Source: Candidatus Binatus sp.
GTDB lineage: Bacteria; Desulfobacterota; Binatia; Binatales; Binataceae
Reading direction: 5' to 3'
Assembly: GCF_036567905.1 (NCBI RefSeq)
Contig: NZ_DATCTO010000044.1
Location: forward strand, 16,916-80,915
DNA: 64,000 nucleotides
Shown: in pieces, positions 29,933-40,913 of the stretch
Position numbering within the stretch: the first letter of the stretch is position 1
Layout: each line of letters starts with the position of its first letter
The notes under the pieces: model-generated
The model's database searches: none
Seen by the model: only the letters and a program-made list of their open reading frames with translations
Told to the model about the DNA's origin: nothing
Made by a program: the position numbers and the translations under genes

Positions 29933-31234
29933 ATGACATCCCGCAAAAAATCAGATGAACTCTTCAATCGCGCCAGTGTTAAGATTCCTGGTGCGGTGAA
30001 TTCTCCCGTTCGCGCGTGGAAGGCCGTCGGCGCGATGCCAATTTTTATCGAAAGTGGCAGCGGTGCTACCTTGATCGACGCCGACGGCAACAGTTTTCTC
30101 GACTACGTTTGCTCCTACGGCCCTGCGATCCTCGGTCATGCCCATCCGCGCGTCACCCAAGCCATCGCCGAGCAGGCGCGGCTCGGTCTGGGCTTCGGCG
30201 CGCCGACCCGCCTGGAGATCGAGCTCGCGGAATTGATCTCATCGGCGATCAAATGCGCACAAAAAGTCCGGCTTGTCAGTTCGGGAACCGAAGCCGGCCT
30301 GACCGCGCTCAGGATCGCGCGCGCGGCGACCGGGCGTCCGAACATAATAAAGTTTGACGGATGCTATCACGGGCATAGCGACTCGATGCTGGTGCGCGCC
30401 GGTTCCGGCGGGTTGACTCTTGGTCAACCCGACAGCGCCGGCGTTCCATCGGCGCTTGCCGCGATGACGATGGTTGCGCGATATAACTGGATTGAGACAG
30501 TCGAAGGTTTATTCCGCGCCGCGCCTGACAAAATCGCCGCCGTGATCGTCGAGCCGGTCGCCGCCAACATGGGCGTCGTAAATCCCGACCCCGGCTCGCT
30601 GAAAGCTCTCGCCGAAATCGCGCACGATAACGGCGCTCTTCTGATCTGTGACGAAGTTATATCCGGGTTCAGGCTCTGCTTCGGATCGGTTGCTGAAAGT
30701 ATGGGCATCGCGCCCGACCTCATCATGCTCGGGAAAATAATTGGCGGCGGGATGCCGGTGGGGGCAATCGCCGGCCCGGCTGAGATCATGGACTTGCTCG
30801 CACCGATTGGTCCGGTCTATCAGGCGGGAACGCTGTCGGGAAATCCGGTTTCCGTGCGCGCCGGGCTCGAAACGCTTCGCATTCTCAGGGAAACCAATCC
30901 GTACGCCGCGCTCGACGCCGCCGGCGCGCGGCTTGAAGCCGGACTGCGCGACGCGGTGAAGGAGCTGAGAACAAATGGCGGGTCGGGATGCGTCAATCGC
31001 GCAGGATCGTTGCTGACGATGTTCATCGGTCCAGAGCGCGTACGCGACGCCGACGAGGCTCGCACCTGCGACAGCGCCAAATTCGCGAAGTTCTTTCACG
31101 GGATGCTGGATCGCGGGATAAATATACCGCCGTCGCAGTTCGAGGCCATGTTCATCTCCACCGCGCATACCGATGCCGACCTCGACCGCACGATTGCCGC
31201 CGCTCGCGAATCTCTCGCGTCGATGCGACCATGA
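29933..31234 (+). CDS. hemL: Glutamate-1-semialdehyde 2,1-aminomutase
   Basis: 433 aa with IPGAVNSPVRAW, SGTEA and the PLP-Lys region LGKIIGGGMPVGA. Confidence 0.95.
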   Translation: MTSRKKSDELFNRASVKIPGAVNSPVRAWKAVGAMPIFIESGSGATLIDADGNSFLDYVCSYGPAILGHAHPRVTQAIAEQARLGLGFGAPTRLEIELAELISSAIKCAQKVRLVSSGTEAGLTALRIARAATGRPNIIKFDGCYHGHSDSMLVRAGSGGLTLGQPDSAGVPSALAAMTMVARYNWIETVEGLFRAAPDKIAAVIVEPVAANMGVVNPDPGSLKALAEIAHDNGALLICDEVISGFRLCFGSVAESMGIAPDLIMLGKIIGGGMPVGAIAGPAEIMDLLAPIGPVYQAGTLSGNPVSVRAGLETLRILRETNPYAALDAAGARLEAGLRDAVKELRTNGGSGCVNRAGSLLTMFIGPERVRDADEARTCDSAKFAKFFHGMLDRGINIPPSQFEAMFISTAHTDADLDRTIAAARESLASMRP

Positions 31235-31256
31235 TCGGTTCTGAGGTGAATCACCG

Positions 31257-31472
31257 TTGGCGCTGATACCCGGAAAGTACGCGCGGCCGCTCGCGATGGC
31301 GCTGGAGATCCCGATGTCGCCGATCGCGGGAGGGGTGTTGGGCTATTACATCGATGAATACTTTCAAACCGGGCCATGGTTCACCGGCATTCTCGCATTC
31401 GCGGGCTTCATTCACTCAATTTTGACGATCATCAGGATCGCCAAGGAAATACCCCCCGGTTCGGAAGGCTAG
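31257..31472 (+). CDS. AtpZ/AtpI-family small membrane protein
   Basis: 71 aa with two TM helices (GGVLGYYIDEYFQTGPWFTGILAFAGF), sitting at the head of the atp F0 genes. TTG start; the ATG at 31296 is an alternative. Confidence 0.6.
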   Translation: MALIPGKYARPLAMALEIPMSPIAGGVLGYYIDEYFQTGPWFTGILAFAGFIHSILTIIRIAKEIPPGSEG

Positions 31473-31482
31473 CGAGACGGCG

Positions 31483-31872
31483 GTGCGAAACGACCGTATT
31501 CCGACCATTGCGGCGATTCAGCGGATGAACCTCATCCTGGTGGCCGGCACGGCGATCGTTCTCTTTTATTTCGACTCAAGTTCCGCCGCCCTCGGATGTC
31601 TGCTCGGCGGCGCCGTCGTAATCGCCAACCTATGGCTGCTCAGCCTCTTCGGCGCGGCGATCCTTTCGGCCGCCGGCGCGGGCATCTCCGCCACCGCCGC
31701 CAAGTTTGGCGTTATGGCGATACCACTCAAGATGCTGATCGTAGCGGGCCTGGTCTATCTGCTCTTCAAACGCACCCACATTGACGGTCTGGGATTCGCG
31801 CTCGGGGTCTTGACTCAAATGACCGCTGCAATTATTGAAACCGGGCGTGCTTCGCTCCGCGGCGCCAGCTAA
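31483..31872 (+). CDS. atpI: ATP synthase protein I
   Basis: 129 aa with 4 hydrophobic segments, immediately upstream of atpB. GTG start. Confidence 0.6.
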   Translation: MRNDRIPTIAAIQRMNLILVAGTAIVLFYFDSSSAALGCLLGGAVVIANLWLLSLFGAAILSAAGAGISATAAKFGVMAIPLKMLIVAGLVYLLFKRTHIDGLGFALGVLTQMTAAIIETGRASLRGAS

Positions 31873-31896
31873 GATTGCCGCGGTGGAGATAATTCC

Positions 31897-32592
31897 TTGC
31901 AGCAGTCGATAAACTTCCTCGAAATGATCGGTGGGGGCAAAATCCCCGAGGTTCTGGTTGGAACCTGGCTGGTGATGGGGATACTGCTGATTTTCGCGTT
32001 TCTTGCGCGACGCTCGCTTGCCGCCGCCGCGGACCCAATCGTTTCCGACGATAAGATCACGTTGCACTCGGTTGCGGAGACCATCGTAGAGTGGGTCGAC
32101 AGTTCCGTTTCTGAAGTTACCCAGATCCATCACTACCGCGGATTGGTCCCCTTCTTCGGCACGCTGTTTATGTTCATTCTGCTTGCGAACTTTCTCGGGC
32201 TCGTCCCGGGGATGGAACCTCCCACCGCCGATTCCGACCTTACTTTCGCGTTGGGAACGATTTGCTTCGCTTTCTACATCTACCAGGGGATGAAAGCGCA
32301 GGGCGTGGTCCGCTACTTGCGAACTTTTCTTGGACCGATGATTGCGGTTGCGCCGCTCATGCTCGTGATTGAAATCGCCGACAACCTGTTTCGCCCGTTT
32401 TCGCTCGGCGTACGTCTTTACGCGAACATGTTTGCCGATCACATGGTGCTCAGCATCTTCACCGGCTTGACCAAGTTGCTGGTTCCTCTGGCGTTCCTGA
32501 CGCTTGGATCGATCGTGTGCGTTATACAGGCGATGGTCTTCATGATCCTGTCGATGGCGTATGTACGCCTTGCGGTCAGCCACGAACATTAG
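31897..32592 (+). CDS. atpB: F0F1 ATP synthase subunit a
   Basis: 231 aa with the essential-Arg region FSLGVRLYANMFADHMVL. Confidence 0.9.
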   Translation: MQQSINFLEMIGGGKIPEVLVGTWLVMGILLIFAFLARRSLAAAADPIVSDDKITLHSVAETIVEWVDSSVSEVTQIHHYRGLVPFFGTLFMFILLANFLGLVPGMEPPTADSDLTFALGTICFAFYIYQGMKAQGVVRYLRTFLGPMIAVAPLMLVIEIADNLFRPFSLGVRLYANMFADHMVLSIFTGLTKLLVPLAFLTLGSIVCVIQAMVFMILSMAYVRLAVSHEH

Positions 32593-32713
32593 TCGAAAAG
32601 CATAAAATAGATTTTCATGCGCCCGAGATTCCGCCCGGAAATTGTGGTGGTAGAGGAAGAGAGGCGGCCCGGTCCCGGCACTTCGAGGCGCGCGAAACAA
32701 GGAGGAACGAGAA

Positions 32714-33058
32714 ATGGTTCGAAGGATAGGTAAGGTTCTAGCGATGGTCTCGCTTGCTATCATCGCGGCCCCGCTGCTCGCGATGGCGGCAGAAGCGGCG
32801 CCCCCGGTGGTCAGGCTGACCACTTCACCGCTGAGCGTTGGATTAATCGCGCTCGCCGCAAACCTCGGCGTCGGGCTCGCGGCGTTCGGCAGCGCGCTTG
32901 CCCAGGGCCGGATGGCAGCATCTGCGATGGAATCCATTGGGCGTAATCCCAACGCGGCCGGGCAGATTTTCACTCCGATGCTGTTGGGCCTCGCGTTCAT
33001 CGAAGCGCTGACCCTGTATGCGCTGGTTATCGGATACCTGCTGCAGGCGAAGATCTAG
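32714..33058 (+). CDS. atpE: F0F1 ATP synthase subunit c with an N-terminal signal-like extension
   Basis: Hairpin core GLAAFGSALAQGRMAASAMESIGRNPNAAGQIFTPMLLGLAFIEALTLYALV (carboxylate Glu present). Strong AAGGAGG RBS 8 nt before the ATG at 32714. About 35 extra N-terminal residues. Confidence 0.85.
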   Translation: MVRRIGKVLAMVSLAIIAAPLLAMAAEAAPPVVRLTTSPLSVGLIALAANLGVGLAAFGSALAQGRMAASAMESIGRNPNAAGQIFTPMLLGLAFIEALTLYALVIGYLLQAKI

Positions 33059-33097
33059 CGATTACGCACGCCGACAATCTCAATGTCGTAGCGACCG

Positions 33098-33130
33098 CGG
33101 GGCCCGACCGGGCCCCGTTCTTTTTTTGTT
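33098..33130 (+). terminator. Rho-independent terminator after atpE
   Basis: Stem CGGGGCCC / GGGCCCCG with loop GACC, followed by TTCTTTTTTTGTT. Confidence 0.75.
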
Positions 33131-33132
33131 TG

Positions 33133-33951
33133 CTATCCGCGGCGCTTGGCGCCCTGCAAGATGTCGAACGGCGCGCGGCTTTTTTCCCGCTTCAGCAACA
33201 CGTACGTCGCACCCGCGCCGCCGTCTGTCGGCCGCGCGCTGGTGAATGCCAACACGTGCCCGCCTATCGCGCCATGCGACAGCCATCCTGCCGACGCGTG
33301 CTTGAGCACAGAATGCCCGCCGGGAGATCGCAGTCCGCGTCCATGCACGACCAGCACCGTGCGCAGCCCCTTGCGAACCGAGGCGATGATGAACTCCTTG
33401 AGCGCTTCCTTGGCGGCGCCCTGGATCATGCCGTGCAAATCGAAATGCGCCTGCACGGCGAACTCGCCGCGGCGAAGCTGCGACACCAGCCGCGGGTCCA
33501 GTCCGACGCGGTATCCCTCGAGGTATTCGTCCGACTCGGTGATATCGAAGGGCGCCTGCCCCGATACCAGGTCCGACAATTGCGCGATTACCTCCGCGTC
33601 CTCATCGACGATCGTGTGAGTCACCGGCGGTTCCAGCGGTATCCGCGACCTGCGATTGCCTTTGCTACTCAGCGGGCGCACACCCTCGAGCGCGCGGCGG
33701 AGGAAAGACTCGTCGTCGAGCAGCTCGTCACATAAGCCATCGACGGCTTGCGCGGGTTTTTCGACGACCGGCGCCGCCGGCGTCGCGGCCTTGGGCTTGA
33801 TTGGCGGGGGCGAAGGCGACACCTCTCGCCCGGCGAGCATCTTCTTCAGGTCTTTGAATGGCGACGAAAAGACCCGCTCGGGCGCCGGTGTCGCCTTTCG
33901 TTCGCCGCCTCGTTCGTCATCCTGGCGGCCATGCTTTCGCTTTTTTGCCAT
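33133..33951 (-). CDS. Smr-domain protein (stand-alone)
   Basis: The C-terminal Smr domain reads FDLHGMIQGAAKEALKEFI...LVVHGRGLRS...GGAGATYVLLK. Start placed at the ATG at 33951 (MAKKRKHGRQ), with a basic N-terminal tail. Confidence 0.8.
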   Translation of the reverse strand: MAKKRKHGRQDDERGGERKATPAPERVFSSPFKDLKKMLAGREVSPSPPPIKPKAATPAAPVVEKPAQAVDGLCDELLDDESFLRRALEGVRPLSSKGNRRSRIPLEPPVTHTIVDEDAEVIAQLSDLVSGQAPFDITESDEYLEGYRVGLDPRLVSQLRRGEFAVQAHFDLHGMIQGAAKEALKEFIIASVRKGLRTVLVVHGRGLRSPGGHSVLKHASAGWLSHGAIGGHVLAFTSARPTDGGAGATYVLLKREKSRAPFDILQGAKRRG

Positions 33952-34152
33952 CGGAGGGGGTCGCAGGTCCCGGATACGTGCACGACCAGACAGACTACGC
34001 CGGGAACGCAACGCGGTTCAAACCGCGGACGCGATATGAAGCGATCGGACGGGAAAATCGTCTGCCTTAATGATGCGCGTTCGGCGCGCATCGACTAGAC
34101 TTGCCGGCGTGTCGCGAACCACTTCGAAGTTGCCTGACGTGAGGATCCTCAT

Positions 34153-36681
34153 ATGCGTCGTGTCATTGTAACCGCCGCCGCTATTGTCGGAGCCGTCGTG
34201 ATTTTCGCCGGCGCGATCCTCTTCTATGCCGCGATCAACCTCAACTCGATCATCGCCGAGCGCCGCCAGACCATCCTCGACAAGGTCAGCACCGCGCTCG
34301 GGCGCAATGTTCACGCCGACGACATCAAAGTGAGTCTCGGCTGGGGAATCCTCGCCGACGTGACCGGGGTCCAGGTCGCAGACGACCCCGACATCTCGAA
34401 GAAGCCGTTCATCGAGGCGAGCAACGTTTACACCCGGCTGGAACTGATGCCGCTGCTGGCGCGCCGGATCGAAATCACCGAAGTCGTGCTCGACAAGCCG
34501 GTGATCCGAATCGTTCAGACCCGCGACGGCACTCTCAACCTCTCCACGCTCGGCAGGAAAAAAATCGTCACCGAAGAGGAGTCGGCCGAAGCCAAGCGCA
34601 AGCAACACTGGGGCATGGCTGGAGGCTCGCCGAAGGCCGAATCGGGCCGGACGCCTGCGACGCTGGGCTCGCTGTTCGTGCGCAACTTCACCGTCAACGG
34701 CGGCACTTTGGAATATGAGACGGAGGGTGCGGCGCAAGCCGCCGTCGTCAACGCGATCGACCTCAAGGTCCGCGATTTCGGCTTTCAGGCGCCCTTCACC
34801 GTCGCGCTCACCTTCGCCGCGCTCGCCGACCAGGATAACTTCGATCTTTCCGCGACGATTGGGCCCCTAATCAACAAGGGCGCCATCGACATCGACGCGA
34901 TTGCGCTGTCGGCCACGGCCAAGGTCGGCCCGATTCTACTGACGCAGCTCGAAACGATCCCGATGCTCGCGAAAGCCATCCCGCCGAAGCTTTCGATTTC
35001 CGGCCCGTTTAGCTTCGACGCCTCGGCCGACGGCACTGTTCAATCGATCAAGTTCAACGTCTCGAGCGATTTGAGCGCGCCCGCGATCGCCTTCGGCGAC
35101 ACGTTTAACAAACCCGCCAACCTGCCGCTCAAGATTTCCGCCGAAGGTACGCGGACCGGCTCTGCCGTCGGCGTGACGCTCGCCAACGTCACTCTCGGCG
35201 ACCTCGAAGCGAAGGCGGCCAACATTAAAGTCGGCGGCGGCGCGAGCGCGGCCCGCATCGATACCAACAACTTCGATATCGCTTCGATCGCGAAGATGAT
35301 CCCGGCTCTCGGCAAATTCAGCCTCGAGGGCAAGACCGAGATCCATACCGACGCGACGCTTGAGCGCGGCAAGCTGTCGGCGGACGGCACGGTCGCGCTG
35401 GCCGATGTCGGATTGTCCATCCCCGATCAGAAAGCGCCGCCGCTGAGCCATCTCAGCGGTAATATCAAGCTCACGGGCACCAGCGCCGACATTGGCCCGC
35501 TGGCGTTCAACCTGGGCGCGTCTCAGGCAACGCTGAAGTCGCACGTCGATCAGTTTCAGCCATTGGTCATGAGCTATGAACTGAATGCGGCCTCGGTTCA
35601 TCTGGCCGATCTCGCGCCCTCGCGGCCGCCCGACGAAGTGATCAACCAGCTTTTCGCCAAGGGCGCTGCCTCGATTGCTCCGGTGACGGGTCCGGTCATC
35701 GATTCTGAAATCACGTCGCCGTCGGGCAACCTCGCCAACGTCCCATACCAGGACCTGAGGCTGTCGCTGTCGCTCGCGGGCAAGCTCGCCCGGGTGACCG
35801 TGCTCAAGGTAAAGGCATTTTCGGGTGAAATCGTCGCGACGGGAAACACCCGGCTCGAGGCGGCCGCGCCGATGGCGGCGTCGATCAGTTTTGCCAATCT
35901 CAATATTCAGCAGGCGCTCGACGCGCAAAAGTCCAAGGCCGCCGGTACTGTTCGCGGGTCGCTCGGTGGAAGCATCGACGTCACCGCCAAGACCGGCAGC
36001 TTCGACGAGATGAAGCCGACACTCAAGGGCAGCGGCAAGCTGATGCTGACCAACGCCAAGCTGGTCGGCGTCAATATCGGCGGTCAGGCGCTCAAGAAGG
36101 TGCAGAAACTGCCCGCGATCGGCAATCTGGTTCCGGATGCGGTCGTCAAGAACCATCCCGAGCTGTTCAGCGATCCCGACACCGACATCCAGCTTGCGAG
36201 TCTGAGCTTCGTGCTCGCCGGACCGCGAATTACGTCGCACGACATCAAGGTGCAAACCGTGGATTACAATCTGCTCGGCGACGGATGGTTCGACCTGGAC
36301 AAGAATATCGACCTGGCGGCGCGAATCTTGCTCTCGCCGCAATTCAGCAAGGAGCTGATCGAGCAGAAGAAGGAGGTCGCGTTCATCGCGAATCAGGACG
36401 GACAAATCGACATCCCGCTGCAGATCGTCGGGCAATTGCCCAAGCCGAAGGTGCTGCCCAACGTGACGGAACTTGCGCAGCGCGCCGGAAGTCACGCGGT
36501 CCAGGCGCAGGGTCAGAAGTACCTCGGTAAAATTTTTGGCAAGAAGGGAGTTCCGGGAGGATTGGGAAAATTTCTCGGCGGCGATTCGGGTGGAAACAAC
36601 GGCTCGGGCGGTAGCGGAGCACCCGCGGGCGGGTCCACCCCTGCGCCGAATCCGCTCGATCAGCTGAAAAAATTGTTCTAA
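34153..36681 (+). CDS. AsmA-family outer-membrane biogenesis protein
   Basis: 842 aa. An N-terminal TM anchor is followed by a long beta-rich periplasmic region and a C-terminal AsmA_2-like segment (DLDKNIDLAARILLSPQFS). The tail is Gly-rich. Confidence 0.8.
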   Translation: MRRVIVTAAAIVGAVVIFAGAILFYAAINLNSIIAERRQTILDKVSTALGRNVHADDIKVSLGWGILADVTGVQVADDPDISKKPFIEASNVYTRLELMPLLARRIEITEVVLDKPVIRIVQTRDGTLNLSTLGRKKIVTEEESAEAKRKQHWGMAGGSPKAESGRTPATLGSLFVRNFTVNGGTLEYETEGAAQAAVVNAIDLKVRDFGFQAPFTVALTFAALADQDNFDLSATIGPLINKGAIDIDAIALSATAKVGPILLTQLETIPMLAKAIPPKLSISGPFSFDASADGTVQSIKFNVSSDLSAPAIAFGDTFNKPANLPLKISAEGTRTGSAVGVTLANVTLGDLEAKAANIKVGGGASAARIDTNNFDIASIAKMIPALGKFSLEGKTEIHTDATLERGKLSADGTVALADVGLSIPDQKAPPLSHLSGNIKLTGTSADIGPLAFNLGASQATLKSHVDQFQPLVMSYELNAASVHLADLAPSRPPDEVINQLFAKGAASIAPVTGPVIDSEITSPSGNLANVPYQDLRLSLSLAGKLARVTVLKVKAFSGEIVATGNTRLEAAAPMAASISFANLNIQQALDAQKSKAAGTVRGSLGGSIDVTAKTGSFDEMKPTLKGSGKLMLTNAKLVGVNIGGQALKKVQKLPAIGNLVPDAVVKNHPELFSDPDTDIQLASLSFVLAGPRITSHDIKVQTVDYNLLGDGWFDLDKNIDLAARILLSPQFSKELIEQKKEVAFIANQDGQIDIPLQIVGQLPKPKVLPNVTELAQRAGSHAVQAQGQKYLGKIFGKKGVPGGLGKFLGGDSGGNNGSGGSGAPAGGSTPAPNPLDQLKKLF

Positions 36682-36696
36682 CGCACGCGCGCGACG

Positions 36697-39033
36697 TTAC
36701 AAATTCATCTGCACGATCGTCGCGCCCGCGCCGCCGTGATGCGGCTGCGCGCCCCGAAACGACGCGCAATACGGCGACGTGCCCAGGTATTCCGTCACCG
36801 CTTTCCTCAGCGCGCCCGATCCAATCCCGTGGACAATCCGCACCTCCGCACGATTGGTCAGGAAGGCAGTGTCGAGAAATTCCTCGAGCTTGCGCAGCGC
36901 GTCGGACGTTCGCATCCCGATCAGGTTCAGCTCGTCGCCCTCGCCACGCTCGGCGCTGAAGGTGACGGTCGCCGCTTTTGGCCGCGCGGGGCGATTTTCC
37001 GGCGCACTCGCCGCCGACCTGCGCAGGCGCTCGGGCGCGACTTCGATCCTGAGGCCGCCGCGGCTGATCACAGCGCGTCCCGATTCGAGCACGATCAATT
37101 CGCCGCGGATGTCGCCTACCTCGACGCTGTCGCCGACCTTGAGTGGCGCATCGGACTCCGCCACGGCGCCGGCAGCCGGCGCCAGGCGCTCGAGTTTCGC
37201 CGCCGCTTTCGTGATGAATCCCTTCAAGTCGGTGCGTGATTTCGTCCGGGTTTTCAACTCATCCATCAGTGCCGCACCGTCGCGCCTGAGCGCCTCGATC
37301 AGGTCCGCGCCTTCGGCGCGCAGCCGCTTGCCTTCCAGTTCGGTGCGCTCGCGCGTTTTTTCAGCGCTCTGAAGCACCTCTTGCTCGATGCGCGCCAGGC
37401 TGGCTTCGCGCTCGCGCAACTTTTCGGCCTGCGCATTGAGCTTGGCGCGCTCGCCGTCCAATCTTTTCAGCGCGTCGCTGAGCTCGATGCTCCCGGCGCC
37501 CATCGATTTTTCGGCCGCGCTGATTATTTCCTCGGGCAACCCGAGCCTGCGCGCGACCGCCAGTCCGTAACTCTGCCCGATCGTATGCGGCTTGAGCCGA
37601 TATAACGGCGTGAGATGGTCGGCGTCGAAATCCACGGCGGCGGCCTCGAACCCGGCTTGCGAATATGCGTGGAGCTTCACCGCGGTCGAATGCGTCGCGA
37701 TCGCCAGCATGCAGCGCCGCGTCCCGAGATGGTTCATCAGGCCGATTGCGAGCGCCGCGCCCTCGGCCGGGTCGGTGCCGGCGCCCGGCTCGTCGAGAAT
37801 CACCAGCGCCGGCTCGACCAGCGATCTGACGATCTCCGACAAGTTTGCGATATGCCCGGAAAAGCTCGACAGGTTGGATTCGATGGACTGTTCGTCGCCG
37901 ATGTCGGCGAACACGCTGCGAAAAACCGTCGCCTTGCTGCCGGCCAGCGCCGGAATCAGCATCCCCGCCTGCGCCATCAGCGACAGCAGCCCGACCGTCT
38001 TGAGCGCGACCGTTTTTCCGCCCGTGTTCGGCCCCGAGATGACGATCCCGCGCTGTCCGGCCCCGATTTTCACGTCGATCGGGACGACCTCGCGCCCGCT
38101 GGTCATCAGCAGCGGATGCCGCGCGCCGATAAAGTCGATTCCCTCGTCCACGAGCTGCGGCTCGACGCATCGAAATCGCTCGGCGAAAATCGCGCGCGCG
38201 TTGAGCGCATCGAGCGCCACCATCGCGTCGAACGTCAGTTGCAGTTCCGGCGCGTATCCGCCGACCATCGCCGTCAGCCGCGCGAGGATTCGCGTTTCTT
38301 CCGCCTCCGCTTCGCGCTCGAGCATCATCAGCCGGTTGTTCAGCTCGACCGCCCACATCGGCTCGACGAACAGTGTTTCGCCGGAAACGCTGCGGTCCTG
38401 AACGATTCCTTCGAATCGTTCCGCGTAGTTCAGCTTCATCGGCAGCACGAAGCGGCGATTGCGAATCGTCACGATGTAATCGGATACGAATGACTCCATG
38501 CCCGAAGCGTTGAGCGAGCGCAGCAGGCGCGCTTCGAGTTCGGTGCGCTCGTCGCGCAGCTTGCCGCGCAGACGTTTCAGCTCGGGGCTCGCGTCGTCCA
38601 GGATTGCGCCGTCGTCGGCCAACGCGCCGAGCATCGCGTCGGCCAGTTCCTTGGGCGCGAGCAGGTTGCGCACCAACGCCGCGACATGGGGGAAGCGCTC
38701 GACCCGCGAGCGCATAAAGCCGCCGACGTGGCGCGAGCCCACGATAAAATCGCGCACTTTCACCAGCGCTTCGCCGCCGAGGATCGCGCCCGCGCGCGCC
38801 GCCGCCAGGATGTACGGCCGCTGATCGGTGAATTCGCCGATCGGGATCGAGCCGGCATGCGATCTCAGAGCGGCCATCTCGGCGGTCGAATCAAGCCGGC
38901 GGCGCACTTCGGCCGGGTCGATCGACGGGCGCAGCTCGGTGGTCGCCTCGCGCCCCGGCTCGGAGGCGCAAAACTGCATGACGAGGTGAATCACCTTGTC
39001 GAACTCGAGCGCTTTCAGATCGCGTTCCCGCAT
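36697..39033 (-). CDS. mutS2: Endonuclease MutS2
   Basis: 778 aa with Walker [25 protein letters not shown], a coiled-coil region and a C-terminal Smr domain ([18 protein letters not shown]...[11 protein letters not shown]). Confidence 0.95.
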   Translation of the reverse strand: MRERDLKALEFDKVIHLVMQFCASEPGREATTELRPSIDPAEVRRRLDSTAEMAALRSHAGSIPIGEFTDQRPYILAAARAGAILGGEALVKVRDFIVGSRHVGGFMRSRVERFPHVAALVRNLLAPKELADAMLGALADDGAILDDASPELKRLRGKLRDERTELEARLLRSLNASGMESFVSDYIVTIRNRRFVLPMKLNYAERFEGIVQDRSVSGETLFVEPMWAVELNNRLMMLEREAEAEETRILARLTAMVGGYAPELQLTFDAMVALDALNARAIFAERFRCVEPQLVDEGIDFIGARHPLLMTSGREVVPIDVKIGAGQRGIVISGPNTGGKTVALKTVGLLSLMAQAGMLIPALAGSKATVFRSVFADIGDEQSIESNLSSFSGHIANLSEIVRSLVEPALVILDEPGAGTDPAEGAALAIGLMNHLGTRRCMLAIATHSTAVKLHAYSQAGFEAAAVDFDADHLTPLYRLKPHTIGQSYGLAVARRLGLPEEIISAAEKSMGAGSIELSDALKRLDGERAKLNAQAEKLREREASLARIEQEVLQSAEKTRERTELEGKRLRAEGADLIEALRRDGAALMDELKTRTKSRTDLKGFITKAAAKLERLAPAAGAVAESDAPLKVGDSVEVGDIRGELIVLESGRAVISRGGLRIEVAPERLRRSAASAPENRPARPKAATVTFSAERGEGDELNLIGMRTSDALRKLEEFLDTAFLTNRAEVRIVHGIGSGALRKAVTEYLGTSPYCASFRGAQPHHGGAGATIVQMNL

Positions 39034-39145
39034 CGCGTCAGAGCCGCCCGGCTTTTTGCCTATTGGCCCGGCCCTCAGGCTAATATCTAGCCCAACTTTG
39101 GTCCGCAGGCATCACGGATTTTTAACACGCATCAAGGATACTCAA

Positions 39146-40756
39146 ATGGATCGGATAGAATCCCGGCTGAACGCCAACTCCGAAGAGTTTCGCCGCAACC
39201 GCGACGCGATGGACGCGCTGGTCAAGCGCCTGCGCGACGAAATCGAGCGGATTCGCCAGGGTGGTCCCGCTCCCGCTCGCGAGCGCCACGTCGAACGCGG
39301 CAAGCTGCGCGCGCGCGATCGCGTCAAGAAACTTCTCGACCCCGGCAGTCCGTTCCTCGAACTGTCGCCGCTGGCCGCGTTTGAGATGTACGACGGCGAC
39401 TCGCCGTCGGCGAGCATCGTCACCGGCATCGGCCGAATCCATGGGCGCGAGGCGGTCATCGTCGCCAACGACGCGACCGTCAAAGGCGGCGCCTATTTTC
39501 CCATGACCGTGAAGAAGCATCTCCGCGCGCAGCAAATCGCGATCGAAAATATGCTGCCGTGCGTTTATCTGGTCGATTCGGGCGGCGCTTTCCTGCCGAT
39601 GCAGTCCGAAATTTTTCCCGATCAGGATCACTTCGGGCGCATCTTTTACAACCAGGCGCGGATGTCAGCGATCGGCCTGGCGCAGGTCGCGGTGGTGATG
39701 GGCAGTTGCACGGCCGGCGGCGCGTACGTGCCCGCGATGTGCGACGAGAACGTCATCGTCCGCGGCCAGGGCACGATCTTCCTGGCGGGACCGCCGCTGG
39801 TGCGCGCCGCTACCGGCGAGGAGGTCAGCGCCGAGGATCTCGGCGGCGGCGACGTGCATACGCGCCTGTCCGGCGTGAGCGATCACCTGGCCGACGACGA
39901 CGAGCACGCGCTCCAGATTGCGCGCGCGATCTTCGAGAATCTTGGCAACCGCACCGCCGCCGCGATCGCGCAGGACACCCCCGAGGATCCGCACTACGAT
40001 CCCGCCGAACTCTACGGCATCATCCCGGTCGATACCCGCAGGCCCTACGACGTGCGCGAGGTGATCGCGCGGCTGGTTGACGGGAGCAGGATGCATGAGT
40101 TTAAGGCGCGTTACGCCACCTCCGTCGTCACCGGCTTCGCGCGAATCTACGGCTATTCCGTCGGCATCGTCGCCAACAACGGCGTGCTGTTCAGCGAGTC
40201 CGCGCTCAAGGCCACCCACTTCATCGAATTGTGCTGCGCGCGGCGCATCCCGCTGCTCTTCCTGCAAAACATCACCGGTTTCATCGTCGGCAAGCGCTAC
40301 GAACAGGGTGGTATCGCCAAGGACGGCGCCAAGATGGTCAACGCGGTCGCCAACGCGCAGGTGCCGAAGTTCACGGTGATCATCGGCGCGTCGAACGGCG
40401 CCGGAAATTACGGGATGTGCGGGCGCGCGTACTCGCCGCGATTGCTCTTCATGTGGCCCAACGCGCGGATCTCGGTGATGGGCGGCGAGCAGGCCGCCAA
40501 CACGCTGCTCACGGTGAAGCTCGATCAGTTGAAACGCGAAGGCGCCACCATGACCGACGCGGAGCAAAAGCAATTCATCCGTCCCACGCTCGACAAGTAC
40601 GAGCTCGAGTCGAGCGTCTATTACTCGAGCGCGCGGCTATGGGACGACGGCGTGCTCGATCCGATCGAGACGCGCGCCGCGCTGGCGCTGGGGCTGGCGG
40701 CGTCGATGAACGCGCCGATTCCCGAGCATCCCGGCTTCGGCGTCTTCAGGATGTGA
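39146..40756 (+). CDS. Acyl-CoA carboxylase carboxyltransferase subunit (methylcrotonoyl-CoA carboxylase beta-like)
   Basis: 536 aa from the ATG at 39146. Motifs [29 protein letters not shown] and [11 protein letters not shown] match MccB/AccD5-type carboxyltransferases. No biotin-carboxylase partner is adjacent. Confidence 0.9.
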   Translation: MDRIESRLNANSEEFRRNRDAMDALVKRLRDEIERIRQGGPAPARERHVERGKLRARDRVKKLLDPGSPFLELSPLAAFEMYDGDSPSASIVTGIGRIHGREAVIVANDATVKGGAYFPMTVKKHLRAQQIAIENMLPCVYLVDSGGAFLPMQSEIFPDQDHFGRIFYNQARMSAIGLAQVAVVMGSCTAGGAYVPAMCDENVIVRGQGTIFLAGPPLVRAATGEEVSAEDLGGGDVHTRLSGVSDHLADDDEHALQIARAIFENLGNRTAAAIAQDTPEDPHYDPAELYGIIPVDTRRPYDVREVIARLVDGSRMHEFKARYATSVVTGFARIYGYSVGIVANNGVLFSESALKATHFIELCCARRIPLLFLQNITGFIVGKRYEQGGIAKDGAKMVNAVANAQVPKFTVIIGASNGAGNYGMCGRAYSPRLLFMWPNARISVMGGEQAANTLLTVKLDQLKREGATMTDAEQKQFIRPTLDKYELESSVYYSSARLWDDGVLDPIETRAALALGLAASMNAPIPEHPGFGVFRM

Positions 40757-40913
40757 TCCGGTTTGTGCTCCCTTCCAATTCCCTGGGATCGAAGGTTCGG
40801 GCGCGAAAATGCCCGGCGCAAAGTCGCCGACTATCGAAAGTCAAAGCGATCGGTGGGATCTGGCGCGCGATAGCGCGCGTTGGGCATCACGCCTGTGCTA
40901 ACGGTCGCGGCGA

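Noticed and set aside
31257-33058. N-type (Na+-translocating) ATPase operon.
   Set aside because: The order atpZ-I-B-E followed by a terminator is that of a split F-type operon. The N-ATPase hallmark order (beta-epsilon-Q-R-a-c-b-alpha-gamma) and the AtpQ/AtpR context are absent.
33133-39033. Stand-alone Smr protein, AsmA and MutS2 as a functional unit.
   Set aside because: The genes are on alternating strands with separate signals. Smr and MutS2 co-occurrence is common, and AsmA is unrelated envelope biology. The adjacency looks coincidental.
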